Positions 1 through 6,994 of a stretch of DNA of 29,875 bases are shown here, piece by piece. The position numbers were made by a program, and so were the translations under genes. Position 1 is the stretch's first letter. Every line of letters starts with the position of its first letter. The stretch is from a virus (taxonomy: Duplodnaviria > Caudoviricetes), in IMG/VR virus record IMGVR_UViG_3300025115_000041, positions 1-29,875 of that record; one strand, given 5' to 3'. The notes beneath the pieces were generated by a model. It was not told where the DNA came from. It did no database searches and was given only the letters and a program-made list of their open reading frames with translations.

Positions 1-46
1 CATTCAAGGTCGCTTGACGCAATTGCAGCAAATAGTCTCGCGTCAT
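1..46 (-). CDS. Partial ORF (N-terminus MTRDYLLQLRQATLN), runs off the window
   Basis: ATG at 46..44 overlaps the TGA of the upstream gene (TGATG coupling); open to the window edge. Confidence 0.45.
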   Translation of the reverse strand, partial: MTRDYLLQLRQATLN

Positions 47-675
47 CAGGTGGGCTGCGCTGCGTACAGGGGAATCCAGTAGTTAGCGTTGCCAACACGA
101 ACCCGCAAACCACCATAAGCGGTTCCAAGGGTTGTGCCAGCTACCACCATGTGACCCGCGCCAGCAGTCACACCTTGCAGATTGAAAAACACGGCGTTGT
201 CGTCAACTTCACCAACTGCTGTGCCTTGGGTCGATGCGTGAATGAACGACGTCAGGGTGCCGGTCTTAGCACCGGACGGGGCGTTCAGTTCAAGTTCCAA
301 CGGGGCGTAGGTGCCGGACGTAGTGCCAGCCGATAGGGTCATTTCAGCCAAGATTGCTGAACCCAGGCCAGTCGTGCGGCCCGATGCGCCGTAAACCACT
401 TCGCCTTTAACGGCATTTGACCAGGCGCCAAGGGCTGCATTGATCGTGGTCAGGAATTTAGCGCGGCCACCAACGCCACCAGCGCCAGTCATCGTGGTCG
501 AAACCGATACCGGTTCGACGCTGGTGCTGCCGTCCGTGCTGTTGCTGGTCGTGGTGATGTTGACGTCGCCGCCAGTTAGGTCAACACCGCCCGCAAACGA
601 AGCGGCGCCAGTTACGTCGATTGAATCAAATTGCGGGTCAGCGTAGGCAACCCCGGTTGCTTTATTATTGGGCAT
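46..675 (-). CDS. Hypothetical phage protein, Gly/Thr/Ala-rich, probably virion structural
   Basis: 209 aa ORF with GAAAAGGA RBS; beta-rich composition; C-terminal YWIPLY resembles fibre-like termini. Confidence 0.75.
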   Translation of the reverse strand: MPNNKATGVAYADPQFDSIDVTGAASFAGGVDLTGGDVNITTTSNSTDGSTSVEPVSVSTTMTGAGGVGGRAKFLTTINAALGAWSNAVKGEVVYGASGRTTGLGSAILAEMTLSAGTTSGTYAPLELELNAPSGAKTGTLTSFIHASTQGTAVGEVDDNAVFFNLQGVTAGAGHMVVAGTTLGTAYGGLRVRVGNANYWIPLYAAQPT

Positions 676-689
676 GATTTAAGTTCCTT

Positions 690-965
690 TCAACAGTTCC
701 AGTTCTTTAAGGATGCTTTAGCCCGTTCCGCGGGGCCTTTCGCGTTCTTCACCACCCCTTCCATTCTCGCGCAAAAGGATGCTTTTCGTCCAGCATCGGT
801 TTTTGTTTTCGGGTTTGGTGCTGGCGGTTTCAAATTGGCATTGTTCTTTGCGTTGTATTCGGCACGGCCTTTGGCTGTCATACCGGCGCCCTTTTCCGTC
901 GGGTTGTAATTCTTACCCTTTCCGGTCGTGGTTCGCGCAATTGGTTTGTCGTGTCCTTTGGCCAT
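690..965 (-). CDS. Small basic phage protein (DUF6321-like)
   Basis: 91 aa; motifs GMTAKGR..YN, LKPP, RKASFCARM and terminal W-x-C; AAGGA RBS. Confidence 0.75.
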   Translation of the reverse strand: MAKGHDKPIARTTTGKGKNYNPTEKGAGMTAKGRAEYNAKNNANLKPPAPNPKTKTDAGRKASFCARMEGVVKNAKGPAERAKASLKNWNC

Positions 966-993
966 TTTATTTCCTTTTTACAAAGTATCGTGG

Positions 994-1254
994 TTATTCT
1001 TCAACCACGCAAGCAATGTCCGCTTCCTGGATGATTTGGTAATCCTGGCCATCAAAGTTTTGTACTGGCCAATCCAGGTACGTGCCATTGCCGTATTTAA
1101 TTTTGTCGCCCACTTTGGCGTCGTACACCTGGGGGCCAACGGCCACAATTCTGCCTTCGTTAAATTTTTCTTTGTTGACGACGTGAATAATGTCTGACAG
1201 TTTTCTGACAAACGGCTTCACAACAACACGATCATGCAGCGGGCGAATTCGCAT
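994..1254 (-). CDS. groES: Phage-encoded co-chaperonin GroES (Cpn10)
   Basis: IRPLHDRVVVK N-terminus, G.IVAVGP, KVGD and FDGQDYQIIQEADI motifs. Confidence 0.92.
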   Translation of the reverse strand: MRIRPLHDRVVVKPFVRKLSDIIHVVNKEKFNEGRIVAVGPQVYDAKVGDKIKYGNGTYLDWPVQNFDGQDYQIIQEADIACVVEE

Positions 1255-1486
1255 CTTTGGGTTTTCTTCCGGGTTTTTTACGGTCGGGAACGATAGCAGC
1301 GGGCACTTCGGCCTGTTTGGTTTCGTCCGTCATGATGTCGTAAACGGGCAGCACCACCGTTTTGATTTGGTGTTCACCGCACCAGTCCATTTCGTGCTTG
1401 TTTTGCATTTCGGGGTAGCGACGGCAAGCGCCCATCACCTGGCCTGTAACAAAAAATCGACAGGTCTTGCAGCGAACGCCACTCAT
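1232..1486 (-). CDS. Small Cys-rich hypothetical protein (putative metal-binding)
   Basis: CxxC...CRRYP...WCGEH pattern; basic RKKPGRKPK tail; overlaps the groES start. Confidence 0.75.
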   Translation of the reverse strand: MSGVRCKTCRFFVTGQVMGACRRYPEMQNKHEMDWCGEHQIKTVVLPVYDIMTDETKQAEVPAAIVPDRKKPGRKPKDANSPAA

Positions 1487-1578
1487 CTAATGGGCTTTCC
1501 AGCACGTACAGCAGCGTTAAGGGCTGCCGCCATGTCTTCAGCAATCGAACGCACTTTTGCTTCGTGCATCCGCTTCAT
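1483..1578 (-). CDS. Putative 31-aa micro-ORF MKRMHEAKVRSIAEDMAAALNAAVRAGKPIR
   Basis: Starts 7 nt after the zeta-like stop and ends in an ATGA overlap with the next gene, filling the gap exactly. Confidence 0.45.
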   Translation of the reverse strand: MKRMHEAKVRSIAEDMAAALNAAVRAGKPIR

Positions 1579-1585
1579 ACGATGT

Positions 1586-2515
1586 TCAGCGGGCGACGCC
1601 TCGCGTCCCTTCATAGATGGCTTGGCTGATACTGCCGCTTCGATAGGCTTTTTCAAGGGCATCATTTAATCCTTTCCTGACTTCATTGTGTTCCACGCTT
1701 GGCAATTTGTCAAGTCCGCTTACAACGGCAGCATTACCCAAACCGCGGCTGTTGTCGATGACCATCATGTGGAATCGGTGGTCGTCGCCGTACTTTTCTT
1801 GCAGCCGACCCATCACATCACGCGAACCTATGTGGGTTTTGAAATGCTCGTCAATCGGCACGGTGCGACCCGTGCCCATTTCGGCTTCCATGCGGCTGGC
1901 GCGTTTTAGGGCGCCGTTTTCCATGGCTTCCACGGGGTCGCGGTACGTGTACACGATGCCGACCTTGCGACCGGCTTTCAGGGCTTGCTGGATTTTTTTG
2001 TCCGCGGATTCAAACGTGTTCATGTTTGTGTCGTACTTGATTTCCGCGTTTTGAATGTGATCCGATACCTTTAGGGCTTCTTGCAAGCCAGTTGTTTTAC
2101 CCGCCCCCGTTCCACCAGCGGTAAACAACACCAGGTTGTCTTTACCCGATGGCGTATCTTGCGACAATTTTTCGGCGTACATCTGTTTGACAAACGCCGA
2201 TGACGGTTCGTGAACGTCTGCCGACCTGGTGCGATCTGCGCGGTATTCAGGCGACATTTCGCGGGCGTCATCCGTGTTTAGGATGCGTCCACCGTCAGTT
2301 GATGGCAAAGCCGCGTATTCGCTGGCCAGGCCGGTGTAGTCATTCGCCAGGCGATCAAAATACGCCTGTTCAATCGGGTTGGCCGACTGACCAGGAACCT
2401 GGGGCAGCGTAGGCTGCGGGACAAGCGAAGCCAGGCTGGCCTGGGTAGGCACGGCGCCCTGGGGCGCTGCCTGTTGTTGACCCGCCGCTGCCAGTTGCGA
2501 CAGCGGGATGGCCAT
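1586..2515 (-). CDS. Zeta-toxin-like P-loop kinase/ATPase
   Basis: VLFTAGGTGAGKTT Walker A; YDTN; ALKAGRKVGIVY; RA..TGRTVP; IDNS motifs typical of the zeta toxin family; TAAATG junction with the upstream gene. Confidence 0.8.
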   Translation of the reverse strand: MAIPLSQLAAAGQQQAAPQGAVPTQASLASLVPQPTLPQVPGQSANPIEQAYFDRLANDYTGLASEYAALPSTDGGRILNTDDAREMSPEYRADRTRSADVHEPSSAFVKQMYAEKLSQDTPSGKDNLVLFTAGGTGAGKTTGLQEALKVSDHIQNAEIKYDTNMNTFESADKKIQQALKAGRKVGIVYTYRDPVEAMENGALKRASRMEAEMGTGRTVPIDEHFKTHIGSRDVMGRLQEKYGDDHRFHMMVIDNSRGLGNAAVVSGLDKLPSVEHNEVRKGLNDALEKAYRSGSISQAIYEGTRGVAR

Positions 2516-2737
2516 TTACTTTTGGTACGACTTGCGACCGTGGGTGTAGCAAACGCCTTTGCTGCGGCCACCGTCAAATTTGTGGTCAGAGCCAGTTGCA
2601 TCGGCTTTGCCCATGGCGACACCGTTCACAACACGTTCACGGCGTTCGCCGGTGTTGTCGCTGGCAGTTGCGCCAGCGGGCGCCTTGGCGCTGGTGCCGT
2701 AGCCCTTGGGCTGCATTTCGGCGTTATCTTTGTTCAT
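2516..2737 (-). CDS. Hypothetical phage protein
   Basis: 73 aa; AAAGGA RBS; abuts the next gene. Confidence 0.75.
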   Translation of the reverse strand: MNKDNAEMQPKGYGTSAKAPAGATASDNTGERRERVVNGVAMGKADATGSDHKFDGGRSKGVCYTHGRKSYQK

Positions 2738-2748
2738 GGCTTTTCCTT

Positions 2749-3108
2749 TCAGTTTAGGAATTTCAAACGATACAACGTTTTATCAATCAACGAAACGATT
2801 TCGTCAATGATATTCTGAAGTTCAGAATCTTGTGGCAAATCTTCCCTGGCTTCGTCCACAAACTTTTGCAACGATTCCAAATACTTCACGGGGTCTTTGG
2901 CGTTGTGGAATTCTTCAGGGTACTTTTTGATTTTTTGGTATCGGCCCTGGAAGGCTTCGGCGTAACCGTCTGCCAGGTCAATAATTTCGACGTAGTATTT
3001 CCCCAGCGCCTTGTGTACCGAATACGAATCGGTGGACAGGTGCATGAAATGTGTCACCGTGCTGCTGTGCAGTAATGTGGCAATAAATTCGGCTGCGTCG
3101 TTTTCCAT
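2749..3108 (-). CDS. Ferritin/Dps-like four-helix protein (DUF5856-like)
   Basis: Start MENDAA at 3108; HFMHL.T.SYS.HKAL..YY..I.DL.D..AE..QG.Y and ELQNIIDEI..LI.KT.Y.L motifs. Confidence 0.85.
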   Translation of the reverse strand: MENDAAEFIATLLHSSTVTHFMHLSTDSYSVHKALGKYYVEIIDLADGYAEAFQGRYQKIKKYPEEFHNAKDPVKYLESLQKFVDEAREDLPQDSELQNIIDEIVSLIDKTLYRLKFLN

Positions 3109-3114
3109 GAGGCG

Positions 3115-3120
3115 ATGATA
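3115..3120 (-). promoter_or_regulatory. Putative -10 element TATCAT, 6 nt before the ATG (possible leaderless transcript)
   Basis: Minus strand reads TATCAT-cgcctc-ATG with no Shine-Dalgarno; no clear -35. Confidence 0.4.
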
Positions 3121-3124
3121 ATGG

Positions 3125-3151
3125 AAAAAAAGGGGGCTTACTAGCCCCCTT
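3125..3151 (-). terminator. Rho-independent terminator after the Nin region
   Basis: AAGGGGGCT-agta-AGCCCCCTT stem running into a T7 tract. Confidence 0.8.
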
Positions 3152-3515
3152 GAAAGTGGCTTTGGCAACTGTCAACAAGCCCGCACAATTGTTCCTCGGT
3201 TGGGATGGGAATGTCAACAGGCCATTGACCGGATTCGACCAGGGCGGCCACCGTTTTCATGTGGGCAATCGTCCAGGCTTGCTGCCTTTCCCGTTTTGAC
3301 CATTTGCTGCCCTGGTCAATGTCGTGGTGACAGGTCATGCAAAGCGCGGCCACCAGGTTGTCGTCGGCTTTGATCCCGCGGCCCTTGCCACCACCCCAAT
3401 TCGTGTGCGCCGCCTGGACAAAATGCGGGCTGCCGCAAAACTGACAATCCAGGCTGGCCACCAGGCGCAACAACTTTTTGCTGCGGATGTAGGCGTGTTT
3501 TGGGTAGGCGGTCAT
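3141..3515 (-). CDS. Zn-binding nuclease-like protein (DUF1364/DUF968-like Nin-region protein)
   Basis: Start at 3515 by ATGA overlap; CQFCG..QAAH..KGRGIKADD..ALCxxCH motifs. Confidence 0.8.
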   Translation of the reverse strand: MTAYPKHAYIRSKKLLRLVASLDCQFCGSPHFVQAAHTNWGGGKGRGIKADDNLVAALCMTCHHDIDQGSKWSKRERQQAWTIAHMKTVAALVESGQWPVDIPIPTEEQLCGLVDSCQSHFQGG

Positions 3516-3913
3516 ATTTCGATACCCTTTTCGGTTGCCCAAGCGTACAGCCATTCGATAAATTCGCTGGCGTCTTCCACGGTGAATTTGTGGCTTTGCC
3601 ACCCCAACTGGACGACCCTTTCGCCGTCCAGGCTGGGCGCCACGCGGCCAATCTTGCGTCCGGTTTCGTGCGCCCATTGGTCAATCAACAGGCGTTTCCA
3701 GTCGTCGTCAGTCCAGGTTGATCCAGCCTGGCGGGTGGCTGCGCCAACCATGCCGATCATGGCGTGAAACTTGGCGTTTTGATCCAGGCTGCGGGTGGCT
3801 TTTTTGATTTCCAATCGCATCCGTTGACCGGCTGCCAGGCTGGTTTTGATATCCGGCCACAACCGTTCCATCAAAATTTTGGCCTGTTCGGGTGTGTGCA
3901 GTTCAAAAATCAT
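3512..3913 (-). CDS. ninB: NinB/Orf-family recombination protein
   Basis: TRSLDQNAKFHAM, DDWK and PSLDG motifs; ATGA overlaps at both ends. Confidence 0.85.
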   Translation of the reverse strand: MIFELHTPEQAKILMERLWPDIKTSLAAGQRMRLEIKKATRSLDQNAKFHAMIGMVGAATRQAGSTWTDDDWKRLLIDQWAHETGRKIGRVAPSLDGERVVQLGWQSHKFTVEDASEFIEWLYAWATEKGIEI

Positions 3914-4200
3914 TTGATCGCCCCCAACGCCCGCAATGCAGCGTCAACACCATCAACAACAGCCAACGGGCCACCGCGCCAGGCGCCATGCCAATCCAGT
4001 TGGTCTTCAGTCAACCGCCGTTCCGAAGGCGGGCGGCGACCGTCTTTAACTTCCAGCAAAAGGGTTTTCCCCTGGTAACCCACCAGCAAATCAGGGACGC
4101 CTTTGCCAACTGCCGCCAAAGTTTGTACCGTGGCCCCAACTGCTCGTAGTGCCTCAACAATTTGTTCCTGGTTCGCATCAACTTTTGCCGCCCTTCTCAT
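3910..4200 (-). CDS. PD-(D/E)xK endonuclease (VRR-NUC-like, putative junction resolvase)
   Basis: MRRAAKVDANQ..IV.ALR..G, GVPDLLVGY, LLEVKDG and LTEDQ motifs; ATG at 4200 overlaps the upstream TGA. Confidence 0.85.
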   Translation of the reverse strand: MRRAAKVDANQEQIVEALRAVGATVQTLAAVGKGVPDLLVGYQGKTLLLEVKDGRRPPSERRLTEDQLDWHGAWRGGPLAVVDGVDAALRALGAIK

Positions 4201-4454
4201 TTTTTGATCCTGTTCATTTCCGCAATCAAGATATTTAGACCAGCCTGGCCACGTGCTTTCGCAATATCTTCCTTCGTCTGCGCCCACCAGGCATTCGCTA
4301 GGCGTGTGCCGCGTTCTTTGACGTGCAACTTGTACCTGTTGATCCAATACCTGGCTTCGCATTCCCGCCGCCAGGCTTCCGACCAGGTGTGTTTCGCGCC
4401 ATCCGGCAAGGTCGCCGGTTGCGATAAGGGCTGCGGTGATTTGTTCGTATTCAA
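4197..4454 (-). CDS. Hypothetical phage protein (DUF7696-like)
   Basis: TWSEAWRRECEARYW motif; stop coupled (ATGA) to the nuclease; TTG start uncertain. Confidence 0.6.
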   Translation of the reverse strand: MNTNKSPQPLSQPATLPDGAKHTWSEAWRRECEARYWINRYKLHVKERGTRLANAWWAQTKEDIAKARGQAGLNILIAEMNRIKK

Positions 4455-4509
4455 AGGTTTGCCCCTCTCGCACTTTGTTCAGCAGCGCGTGTCCTTCATC
4501 GCGTGTCAT
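4201..4509 (-). CDS. Overlapping hypothetical ORF (MTRDEGHALLNKVREG...ALIATGDL), open in frame into the nuclease
   Basis: ATG at 4509 coupled to the upstream stop (ATGA); no stop until 3910. Confidence 0.45.
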
Positions 4510-4913
4510 TTCGGCATCCTCATTTGCTGGGTCAGTTCGCGAAATTTGGCCAAGGCTTCCTGTTTGGCTTTTTCGGTCGCAATCTTTTCGTGGACAGTCT
4601 GCTGCCTGGTTATCAGGGTGTGCGGCTTGTCAGGAATGCGCGGGGCATCGTTCAGCAGTTTGGCAAACTGCAATGCTGACGGCGGGCGGTCGGGGTTCAT
4701 GTGTTTCAGGGCGTAATCCAGTTTTGGCCGGTATGTCAGGCCGCGCCCGCATTCCTCTGCCCATACCTGTCGAACCATGGTGTGATCCACACCTTCCCAA
4801 TGCCGAACAAACACAGCGCCGTAGATGGCGCCCATCCTGGCAAAGATGTAATCCAAGCCCTGTTCGACCTGGCAAAAATCCTGTTCGCGCCATTCACTTG
4901 AGTAATTTGACAT
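4506..4913 (-). CDS. Putative helicase loader (lambda P-like)
   Basis: Follows the initiator; IF.RM.AIYG..F..HW..V..VWAEE..YAL..RPP..QF pattern. Confidence 0.65.
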   Translation of the reverse strand: MSNYSSEWREQDFCQVEQGLDYIFARMGAIYGAVFVRHWEGVDHTMVRQVWAEECGRGLTYRPKLDYALKHMNPDRPPSALQFAKLLNDAPRIPDKPHTLITRQQTVHEKIATEKAKQEALAKFRELTQQMRMPK

Positions 4914-5610
4914 CGTGGCCACCCCCTATCAATCCGCGGGTCAATCCCGCCATGGTGTCGCGGTTGCGTTCACCAACGTTTTTGTTTTGCTTGTCAGCAA
5001 CCCATTCAGCCTTAAACCCGCGCCAGCCACGCGCGACACATTCCGACAGCGCGTTATCCAGCGACCAACCCGCTTTTTGGGCTTCCTGGGCGATTCTTTT
5101 GACCACGGTGGGGGTCACTATTGCCTTGTTGGTTTTTCGGGCCTGTAGGAACGATTCCCAGGTTTCTGGTTGAACACCATCAGGACAGGTCAATTTTTCT
5201 TTTTTTACTTTTTCTTTTTCTTTATTGGTTATTGGGTATTGGGTATTGGTTAGGGTTTTTTTGGGTTCGGTTTGGGTTAGCCCTGGGTTACCCATGGGTT
5301 TTTTCGGGCGCCCACCCTTGATTCCATTGGCTTTTTGCTTGGCAAGGAACGTGTAGTATTTTTCGATTTCCGCGTCTGCACGACGGTTTCTGTATCCTTC
5401 GGGGGTCAGTTCAAAGAATTCGATCAACACATTTGACACCGCTTCGGAACCCACCCGTATCCGACGGGAAACCCGTGGGATATCGTTGGGTATTGGTGAT
5501 TCCGTGTCGTAGTACAAATCCAGCATCCGACGATAGGCAAGGTCTTCATCTGCCGTCAAATGGGCGGTGTGTTTGGCGTAGTCGCCAACGTGAAACTGGT
5601 AGAAATTCAT
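4894..5610 (-). CDS. Replication initiator, YdaU/DUF1376 family
   Basis: MNFYQFHVGDYAKHTAHLT..EDLAYRRMLDLYYDTE N-terminus; NG.KGGRP; GWRGFKAEW C-terminus; internal iterons. Confidence 0.88.
   Translation of the reverse strand: MNFYQFHVGDYAKHTAHLTADEDLAYRRMLDLYYDTESPIPNDIPRVSRRIRVGSEAVSNVLIEFFELTPEGYRNRRADAEIEKYYTFLAKQKANGIKGGRPKKPMGNPGLTQTEPKKTLTNTQYPITNKEKEKVKKEKLTCPDGVQPETWESFLQARKTNKAIVTPTVVKRIAQEAQKAGWSLDNALSECVARGWRGFKAEWVADKQNKNVGERNRDTMAGLTRGLIGGGHDVKLLK
5191..5303. repeat. Putative replication origin: iterons plus AT-rich tract
   Basis: TGGGTT at 5262, 5273, 5284 and 5295 (11-bp period); four tandem TATTGGK at 5223-5250; T-rich tract 5191-5222; inside the initiator gene as in lambdoid ori. 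Confidence 0.75.
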
Positions 5611-5634
5611 GCCGCACCCTTTCATCACACCCAG

Positions 5635-5709
5635 AAAAAAGTGGAACCAAGGCGGGCGGGGTGGGGTCGCTGTTCAGGTGGCTCATGACTTCCACCCTAG
5701 CCTGGTTCC
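5635..5709 (-). ncRNA. Structured leader/attenuator-like RNA between cro and the initiator
   Basis: Closing stem GGAACCAGGC/GCCTTGGTTCC encloses a GGTGG/CCACC hairpin and is followed by T6. Confidence 0.5.
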
Positions 5710-5714
5710 GAACG

Positions 5715-5876
5715 CTATTTTGTCCGAAACCAGGAAGGCCGCAAAGCCTTCAGTTGCCACAAACGCGCCTGTGGTACGGCGTCACCCCATTGGCTGATGG
5801 CCTGTCGCGTGATCCCTAGCAACTTAGCCAGGGCCATGGCGCTGCCCGCTTTTTCGATTGCTTGTGCTTTGTCCAT
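5715..5876 (-). CDS. cro: Cro-like HTH regulator (53 aa, absent from the ORF track)
   Basis: Hand translation MDKAQAIEKAGSAMALAKLLGITRQAISQWGDAVPQARLWQLKALRPSWFRTK; first gene of the replication operon. Confidence 0.88.
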   Translation of the reverse strand: MDKAQAIEKAGSAMALAKLLGITRQAISQWGDAVPQARLWQLKALRPSWFRTK

Positions 5877-5882
5877 GTTCGC

Positions 5883-5911
5883 ATGGTAAGCCACCTTTCA
5901 AGTCTTGTCAA
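5883..5911 (-). promoter_or_regulatory. Sigma70 promoter for the cro/replication operon
   Basis: TTGACA-17 bp-TACCAT; cro ATG 6 nt downstream. Confidence 0.8.
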
Positions 5912-5956
5912 CACCATCAATACCCGACAAATGTGAGTGGGCTTTACAAATAGTTG

Positions 5957-5985
5957 TTGACATGGCGTGTAAGTGGGCTTAACAT
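5957..5985 (+). promoter_or_regulatory. Sigma70 early promoter P1
   Basis: TTGACA-17 bp-TAACAT with GTAAG-tggg-CTTAA palindrome overlapping the -10. Confidence 0.8.
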
Positions 5986-6005
5986 GGGAACCGTAGTGAT
6001 TGATA

Positions 6006-6025
6006 ACGCCCTAACGGGTCTTTTA
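6006..6025 (+). promoter_or_regulatory. Leader motif copy 1 (tetraloop hairpin plus boxA-like TCTTTTA)
   Basis: ACG-CCC-TAAC-GGG-TCTTTTA; second copy at 7684. Confidence 0.5.
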
Positions 6026-6038
6026 AGGAGAAACAGAA

Positions 6039-6626
6039 ATGTCCAAGCAATATCTCTCTTGTGCCGAAACCGCCAAACTGGTTCGTGCGGCTCTCAAGGA
6101 ATCTTTTCCTGGCGTTAAGTTCAGCGTTCGTTCTAGCGTGTACGCCGGTGGCGCCAGCATCAACATCGAATACACCGACGGCCCCAGCGCCAGCCAAGTC
6201 GAAGGCATCGCCAAGGCATTCCAGGGCGCATACTTTGACGGAATGACCGATTACAAAGGCCGCAACTACAACACCCTGGACGGCGAACAAGTCAGGTTCG
6301 GTGCTGACTTCATTTTTGTAAAACGCAACTTCACCGCGCCAACTTTGACTGGCATCGTTGTTCAGGTCTGCAATTACTACGGTTTCGACAACGAAATTTT
6401 GATCGACGCTGGCGGCCAATATTTTGGCGCATACGTCAAAGAAGTTGGCCCCAACGCCGACAGCGAAGCCCGCGGGTTCAGCAAGTACGACATTGAACGT
6501 TTGATCCGCGAAGCGGCTGGCAAGTACAGCATGGATGACGCAGCCGAAAGCAAAACCTTGGCCCGCGTTGCCTTCCTGGGCGACGACGGTTACGGCTACG
6601 GCGCTGTTGGCCGGATTGCTGCGTAA
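6039..6626 (+). CDS. LPD29 (large polyvalent protein-associated domain 29) protein
   Basis: TAKLVRAALK.SFPGVKFSVRS..Y.GG.SI.I.YTDGP...V......FQG..FDGMTD motif; TAAGGAG RBS. Confidence 0.82.
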   Translation: MSKQYLSCAETAKLVRAALKESFPGVKFSVRSSVYAGGASINIEYTDGPSASQVEGIAKAFQGAYFDGMTDYKGRNYNTLDGEQVRFGADFIFVKRNFTAPTLTGIVVQVCNYYGFDNEILIDAGGQYFGAYVKEVGPNADSEARGFSKYDIERLIREAAGKYSMDDAAESKTLARVAFLGDDGYGYGAVGRIAA

Positions 6627-6636
6627 GGGGGGCGCC

Positions 6637-6735
6637 ATGGACAAGGAACCAAGTGATTTGCAAGTCCTGTTGATGGTGCTGGTCATCGCGCCCATCCTGT
6701 ACGTGTTGCTTTACATCGCCATGGCGATTTTTTGA
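6637..6735 (+). CDS. Small single-pass membrane protein (32 aa)
   Basis: MDKEPSDLQVLLMVLVIAPILYVLLYIAMAIF; G-rich RBS. Confidence 0.65.
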   Translation: MDKEPSDLQVLLMVLVIAPILYVLLYIAMAIF

Positions 6736-6748
6736 AAGGGGTGTGGAA

Positions 6749-6931
6749 ATGTTTGCAGATAAGTATGAATTAGAAACCTGGGCAGGGCCGTCAATGGCCA
6801 CCATCAGGGCAAGGCAGCGGGCTGCGTGTGGCGGCGGCTGCAAGTGTGGAAAGTTGCGCGATCCCGTCACCAAGTCCAACGGGGTTCGCACCTGGCTGTC
6901 GTGTTTGCGGTGCCTTGGCACCATCGCCTAG
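6749..6931 (+). CDS. Small Cys-rich (zinc-ribbon-like) protein, 3' end altered by cassette insertion
   Basis: CGGGCKC...CLRC; its stop TAG lies inside the attC spacer. Confidence 0.6.
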   Translation: MFADKYELETWAGPSMATIRARQRAACGGGCKCGKLRDPVTKSNGVRTWLSCLRCLGTIA

Positions 6932-6973
6932 CTCACCGGCGCCGAAGGCGTCCGGTGCAGCGCAGTGTTAGGC
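6919..6973 (-). repeat. attC site of cassette B (55 bp) with a non-canonical R' (G|ATGGTG)
   Basis: R'' GCCTAAC, spacer ACTGC, L'' GCTGCACC, GGACGCC-TTC-GGCGCC, L' GGTGAGC, spacer TAGGC, then GATGGTG; two extrahelical bases on the L'' arm. Confidence 0.85.
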
Positions 6974-6994
6974 GTCAAGTTGAACGGAGGTTAT

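Noticed and set aside
978-1211. 77-aa alternate-frame ORF inside groES
   Set aside because: No RBS or motif; explained by overlap with a well-supported gene
3150-3175. Minus-strand TTGACA at 3170-3175 as a promoter
   Set aside because: No -10 at 16-18 bp spacing
5979-6695. 238-aa minus-strand ORF as a possible repressor
   Set aside because: Antisense shadow of LPD29; no HTH or S24 peptidase motifs
6749-6925. A third cassette containing the Cys-rich ORF
   Set aside because: No attC or GTTRRRY-type end upstream of it, and it rejoins the downstream phage sequence in frame when the array is removed
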